From Candidatus Omnitrophota bacterium (lineage in GTDB: Bacteria; Omnitrophota; Gorgyraeia; Duberdicusellales; 4484-171), in contig JAAEQW010000006.1 in NCBI GenBank assembly GCA_024231025.1, positions 236 to 64,235 of the forward strand: a stretch of 64,000 nt of DNA. The letters run 5' to 3'. Of the stretch, positions 59,883 through 64,000 are shown in pieces; the stretch's first letter is position 1; each line of letters starts with the position of its first letter. The translations under genes were made by a program, and so were the position numbers. Below the pieces are notes generated by a model, which saw only the letters and a program-made list of their open reading frames with translations, made no database searches and was not told the DNA's origin.

Positions 59883-62800
59883 TTAATTCCGTGTTTTTTC
59901 CTTTTCTAACAAAGCTTTCACGCCTTTTCCGTCTCTGATTGTCGACACCCTGATCCCTTTTAAATTTTTAAATCGATTAATTAATTTTGGTGACCAGTTA
60001 TATTTAATGGTTCCATCGGCTTTAACTAAATCATCTAACACAATGCCACCTAACCCATTATTGGGCTGTTTTTTTTCCTCCGTTCCTGCTGAAAGAAGGC
60101 TTTTCCAATCACGTTGTGGTAAATACTCCTCACTTTCAGCGAAATATTTTTCTCCTTTATTTGTATGTTCTCCCCCGGGATTATGCGATTTGAATGGTGT
60201 TTTATCACGGCCCCAACTATTCAATAGGACTACACCCATCGGAGAAAGTCCAGATATATGAGATTTTCTCCCTCTAGCTTGAGACAAATGAACCACAAAA
60301 TCAAAATCACCGAGAAAAGTTACCCCTTGTTTATGATCTTCTCGCAAATCAATCATAAATGTATTTGTTTCTATTCCGGCTCTCCTAGCAGAATCAACCA
60401 ATGCAAAAGGTACACTAGCATCACCCCCTGCAAAATCAACAGTCGCAATGCTATAACCCACCTCTTCAATTCTTGCTCTAACAGATGGTACTTTTTCGAT
60501 CGTATTTATTTCAGAATTAACATGGAATGCTCCGATTAATACTACTACTCGGAAATCTTTATTTTCTTCTAGCACTTCTTCAAGCTCCTGGCACAGGTAC
60601 TCTTCTCTTTCTCCTTCAGTAGGATTATGTTTTTGCTGGTCTATATCTATCTGAACTATTTTAATTCCAACAGCGACAAAAGCTCTAACTAGCTCCTCTT
60701 CTCTCACATTAGGACCCACTTCAGCATGCGTTAAAGTTACTGCTTGCCCCTCATTTAAGTCATCAATATTTTTAGTTTTATGAGTTTCAACTGCTAAATG
60801 AGTAATTCCCATTTCTTTAAATTCTTTAGCATGCCTAGCTAGATGTTCACTTATATCCCCATTGTCGTGCATATCACCCATAAATAAAATCTGACGATTA
60901 CCCAATATTTTTCTATAGTTAACTGGTTCTTGGTTTCTGATCAATCTGGCAGCTGCATCATCATAATTATTCCATAAATCATCCACATCTCTGCGCTCAG
61001 CAACCTTTGTTGGCATATCTGGTGGGTCTATTACTTTTTCAATATTTCTATCTAGCATAGACTTGCCATTGCTCGAAGTATTGCTTACAGACTGTTCTTG
61101 CTGTTGACCCGATATCTTTTTTAAACTACTCCACCAACTTATCCTAAGTGCCCCTTCTTTATTCGTTATTTCGCCTTCAATATGGTAATCATCAATACGT
61201 CTTATTGTTATAGTTAAGGCATCGCCAGCATCTGCTTTTCGTAAGGTATGCTCGTTTACTTTTCTATATTTTTCTTCGTACCCTTCTTCTCGCAATGAAT
61301 TAAGAACTTGTTCATATAAAGCATCTGGTATAAGTTCATAATCACCACCTTTTGAAATCCTATCGGACTCAATAGTATATGTAAAACTTGTAAAAGGGGC
61401 TTCTTTGCGCCATCGTTTTAATTCTTCATTATATCTTTCGACTGCCTTAGAGAGATTAATTGGAATAGCTCTATTATCATTAGCATTCTTTTTTAGCATC
61501 CCTGTCGGACTCAAGACAAAAAGCATTGAATCACCTTGCTGAGAATAACCTGGAAAAATACTTACAATATCTCCTGTTTCGATATCAAAATCCAGTTGTA
61601 TTACCCCTCTATTGGTTATAGCACTGCCTCCATCTCCTATAATCGTAAAATTATCTGCCTCTATGCTTTCTCGTAGTAACGCTAAATTCTTTTTTATAAC
61701 TGAATTGCCTTCTTCCATTCCTGGTAATCTTTGTTGGGGGAAAGAGGGCATCTCTTCTGAAGCATTTATTTTGGGATCAGCATATTCCAATGTAGCTAAA
61801 ACATATTGTGCCCATGCTGCCCGCCAGTCAGAATAATAATTTTCTACTATTTCGGTATGCATATCCCAGTCCACATATAAAGTATTATTTTCAACGTCTA
61901 TAAAAGCCATTAAATCTTCTATTGCGCCTACCCTACTAACTGTAGCGAGTGCCTGTGTATTATTAATAAAATCTCGGAGTAGATATATCTTAATGCCCTT
62001 TTTCATCAGAATACCTTGCGGATCATGAATACCATAGGCTCCGCCGCCATCTGGATATAATTCTGATATAGATAAAGCCCTTTCAAGCAGTTCTTTATCT
62101 AGCTCTTCTCTGTAGGCGGCAGCTATTTTTTTAACAACTTCGTTTTGTTCTGGGGTTAATGTTCTACCATCTCGACAAATAGCCATATAGCCTTGACCTG
62201 ATTCAGTAAAGTTATCTATATTAGCAATTTCAACAAGTTTTGTTGGCATACCGGCTGCGGCTTTAATTTCACCAGCATCCGGTCTGGTTTCCGTTACATC
62301 TTTTAGGACATGACCTCCGGAATAATATCGACGATTTACTTTTTTACGACTAGCTTGATCATAGTCTTTTTTGATGTAATCATATACACCTTTTTTGTAG
62401 GCGTCCACGTAAAGATTGAAGATTTTCTCCTTGGCGTCTTTATCTGCAATATCAATACCTTCGATTTTACCCTGGTCAATGTAATATTGAAAAACAGAGT
62501 CTTTGAGCTTTTTCTTAAACCAGCAAGCTAAAACAAAAGAATCATACATCTGCCGTAAAGTAGCAAAGTTTTCACCCTCGTTCACATCTCGTTCGATTTC
62601 CGGTAAAATTATTTCCTTTAAAACTTGAGAGGAGATCTTATTAATTTCTTCTTGGTTTCCATCAACAATAGATTGTTTGTGGTTTAGTGGTTTTGATAAA
62701 GCTAGATAGTCTTCTTCAGACATTGCTTTTAATTTAGTTTCATCGATGAGTACAATGTTTCCTTTTTCTACGAGTTCGGCGGTTTCAGGGACAATCCAAA

Positions 62801-63371
62801 CTTTATTGAATGTATCTATGGGAATATTTGTTGTGCCAATGGCTTTATGTATCTTCTTATATATTTTATTCCAATACCTCTTGCCTAACTCATTTTCAGG
62901 GTAGGTCAAAGTAGATACCAGTTGCTTTAAAATGTAATCTTCTTTTAATAAGTCTTTGCCTAAATCAGTTATTGCCAGGTTATCGGAGGTTACCCTGTCT
63001 TGTTCGTGGGGCGATAAGTTTACCCATAAATCTTCTTCGGGTATCGTAAGCGCAGCTAAAAAATAATTAACCAGTCTGATCATCTCTTTGTCGCTTATAT
63101 CCTCTTGGTCAGCTGGATCAATTATAAACTCAAACTTGAAAGGATCATTTGGATCGATCTTTAATCCTTTTAGTGATGGTTGCGAATGCACTTTAGAAAG
63201 AGGCACTAATGTTGTAGGTGCAGGTAAATTATATACCGATTCTTTAGCTGTTTGGATAGACTTTAACCGCAACAGATTAGGCCTACTAGCAGTCATAAAA
63301 ACCAAGCTAATCATTATGCAAGCTGCCACTCCTAAACATGCAAATTCAAATAATGTAGTGCCTTTTTTCAT
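59883..63371 (-). CDS. Large exported modular protein, paralog 4 (conserved N-domain; unknown region; EreA/ChaN/RRSP-like domain; GGIVL tail)
   Basis: MKKG|TTLFE-type N-terminus and TM helix; conserved N-domain; LFMGDMH, HLAVE, ERE, LIGAFHV; start at 63371 favoured by promoter position (track gives 63398). Confidence 0.82.
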   Translation of the reverse strand: MKKGTTLFEFACLGVAACIMISLVFMTASRPNLLRLKSIQTAKESVYNLPAPTTLVPLSKVHSQPSLKGLKIDPNDPFKFEFIIDPADQEDISDKEMIRLVNYFLAALTIPEEDLWVNLSPHEQDRVTSDNLAITDLGKDLLKEDYILKQLVSTLTYPENELGKRYWNKIYKKIHKAIGTTNIPIDTFNKVWIVPETAELVEKGNIVLIDETKLKAMSEEDYLALSKPLNHKQSIVDGNQEEINKISSQVLKEIILPEIERDVNEGENFATLRQMYDSFVLACWFKKKLKDSVFQYYIDQGKIEGIDIADKDAKEKIFNLYVDAYKKGVYDYIKKDYDQASRKKVNRRYYSGGHVLKDVTETRPDAGEIKAAAGMPTKLVEIANIDNFTESGQGYMAICRDGRTLTPEQNEVVKKIAAAYREELDKELLERALSISELYPDGGGAYGIHDPQGILMKKGIKIYLLRDFINNTQALATVSRVGAIEDLMAFIDVENNTLYVDWDMHTEIVENYYSDWRAAWAQYVLATLEYADPKINASEEMPSFPQQRLPGMEEGNSVIKKNLALLRESIEADNFTIIGDGGSAITNRGVIQLDFDIETGDIVSIFPGYSQQGDSMLFVLSPTGMLKKNANDNRAIPINLSKAVERYNEELKRWRKEAPFTSFTYTIESDRISKGGDYELIPDALYEQVLNSLREEGYEEKYRKVNEHTLRKADAGDALTITIRRIDDYHIEGEITNKEGALRISWWSSLKKISGQQQEQSVSNTSSNGKSMLDRNIEKVIDPPDMPTKVAERRDVDDLWNNYDDAAARLIRNQEPVNYRKILGNRQILFMGDMHDNGDISEHLARHAKEFKEMGITHLAVETHKTKNIDDLNEGQAVTLTHAEVGPNVREEELVRAFVAVGIKIVQIDIDQQKHNPTEGEREEYLCQELEEVLEENKDFRVVVLIGAFHVNSEINTIEKVPSVRARIEEVGYSIATVDFAGGDASVPFALVDSARRAGIETNTFMIDLREDHKQGVTFLGDFDFVVHLSQARGRKSHISGLSPMGVVLLNSWGRDKTPFKSHNPGGEHTNKGEKYFAESEEYLPQRDWKSLLSAGTEEKKQPNNGLGGIVLDDLVKADGTIKYNWSPKLINRFKNLKGIRVSTIRDGKGVKALLEKEKTRN

Positions 63372-63403
63372 AATATTTACCCTAGAGTATCGTATCATTA
63401 AGA

Positions 63404-63479
63404 AATACCATTTTAATGGGGCAAAAGCTATAAAATAGAGTGATTTTTTAGGGTTTTTTGTAAGCGGTTACAAAAAATA
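63404..63479. repeat. 76-bp promoter cassette, near-identical to 53729-53804
   Basis: Direct alignment shows four mismatches. Confidence 0.9.
63459..63472 (-). promoter_or_regulatory. LacI/cre-type operator upstream of paralog 4
   Basis: Coding strand TGTAACCGCTTACA. Confidence 0.75.
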
Positions 63480-63490
63480 GCTTTTTTAAT

Positions 63491-63580
63491 CGGGGGTTAC
63501 TCATCACCTCCCCTACCGCAGACATAAAAAATCCGTCCTAAAAAAGGACGGATGTTTTTTATATGGCGGAGAGGGAGGGA
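63491..63580. repeat. 90-bp direct repeat containing the duplicated tRNA-Ser 3' end and terminator
   Basis: One mismatch to 63676-63765; includes TGGCGGAGAGGGAGGGA (tRNA 3' 17 nt, reverse complement). Confidence 0.92.
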
Positions 63581-63710
63581 ATCCGTTCCCGAACTTTGTT
63601 CGGGATCCGGGAACCATAAAATGTAATAGCCTATATAACTGGGGTTACAAACCCCTTTTTCGCTTTGCTCAAAAACGGGGGTTACTCATCACCTCCCCTA
63701 CCGCAGACAT

Positions 63711-63745
63711 AAAAAATCCGTCCTAAAAAAGGACGGATTTTTTTT
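63711..63745 (-). terminator. Intrinsic (bidirectional-type) terminator after tRNA-Ser
   Basis: AAAAAATCCGTCCT-AAAAA-AGGACGGATTTTTT. Confidence 0.8.
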
Positions 63746-63748
63746 ATA

Positions 63749-63840
63749 TGGCGGAGAGGGAGGGATTCGAACCCCCGGTGAGTTTAACCCCACAACGGTT
63801 TTCAAGACCGCCGCGTTCAACCAGGCTCTGCCACCTCTCC
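63749..63840 (-). tRNA. tRNA-Ser(TGA)
   Basis: Minus strand GGAGAGG...GCGGT-CTTGAAA-ACCGT...GGTTCGAATCCC..CCTCTCCGCCA. Confidence 0.95.
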
Positions 63841-64000
63841 GAGAATTTACTTCGTAAATTCGAGGATTTCGACCCCGAAACTTCGGGGGAGAAATCTTAA
63901 CCACCTTGCTTATTATCAATTAGTGCAAGCTTCTCTTTTCCTAACAGTGTAAGGCTCGAGAACTTCGTCCACCGCGTTCAATCCCGTGCGCTTCGCTACG

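Noticed and set aside
63450-63515. Leader peptide MSNPRLKKLFFVTAYKKP after GGGGAGGTG on the minus strand
   Set aside because: SD-to-ATG spacing is too short and the frame is not conserved in the 58346 copy
53729-63840. Intact prophage or integrative element
   Set aside because: No integrase, transposase or phage genes; only short att-like repeats
63698-63919. 73-aa ORF
   Set aside because: Overlaps tRNA-Ser(TGA) and its terminator

Overview
Low-GC bacterial chromosome segment, probably Ca. Omnitrophota/PVC. That assignment is inferred from gene content and the large-protein family below and is not proven. Most genes lie on the minus strand. The backbone is housekeeping: spoVG, ispE, split transketolase, hisG, hldD, cysE, rdgB/rph, class I fumarase, queCDE, murI, amidase, mgtE, glgC, a cation-transport cluster, an ECF sigma/anti-sigma-vWA pair, comF, lptFG, smpB, pyrE/pyrK, dusB, PiT and three tRNAs. 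The most notable content is a family of four large paralogous exported proteins (33763-37614, 51126-53720, 53875-58194, 59883-63371). Each has a membrane anchor, a conserved ~310-aa domain ending in R[RK]YYSGG, an unrelated central cargo and a C-terminal GG[IL][DV][LV] module. The cargos resemble a JAB/MPN protease bracketed by duplicated zincin-like modules, a HEAT array plus SidJ-type pseudokinase/glutamylase, an EreA/ChaN/RRSP-like domain, and an unknown domain. All four genes carry the same LacI/cre-type palindrome 45-46 nt upstream of an extended -10 element and lie downstream of tRNA-Ser genes, three of them among repeated cassette-boundary sequences. Together this suggests a co-regulated polymorphic effector system. 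Other items are a 3x84-bp structured repeat in a transporter 5' leader, genes with non-canonical starts, REP-like palindromes inside CDSs and an unannotated 29-aa bS22/AURKAIP1-like ORF.
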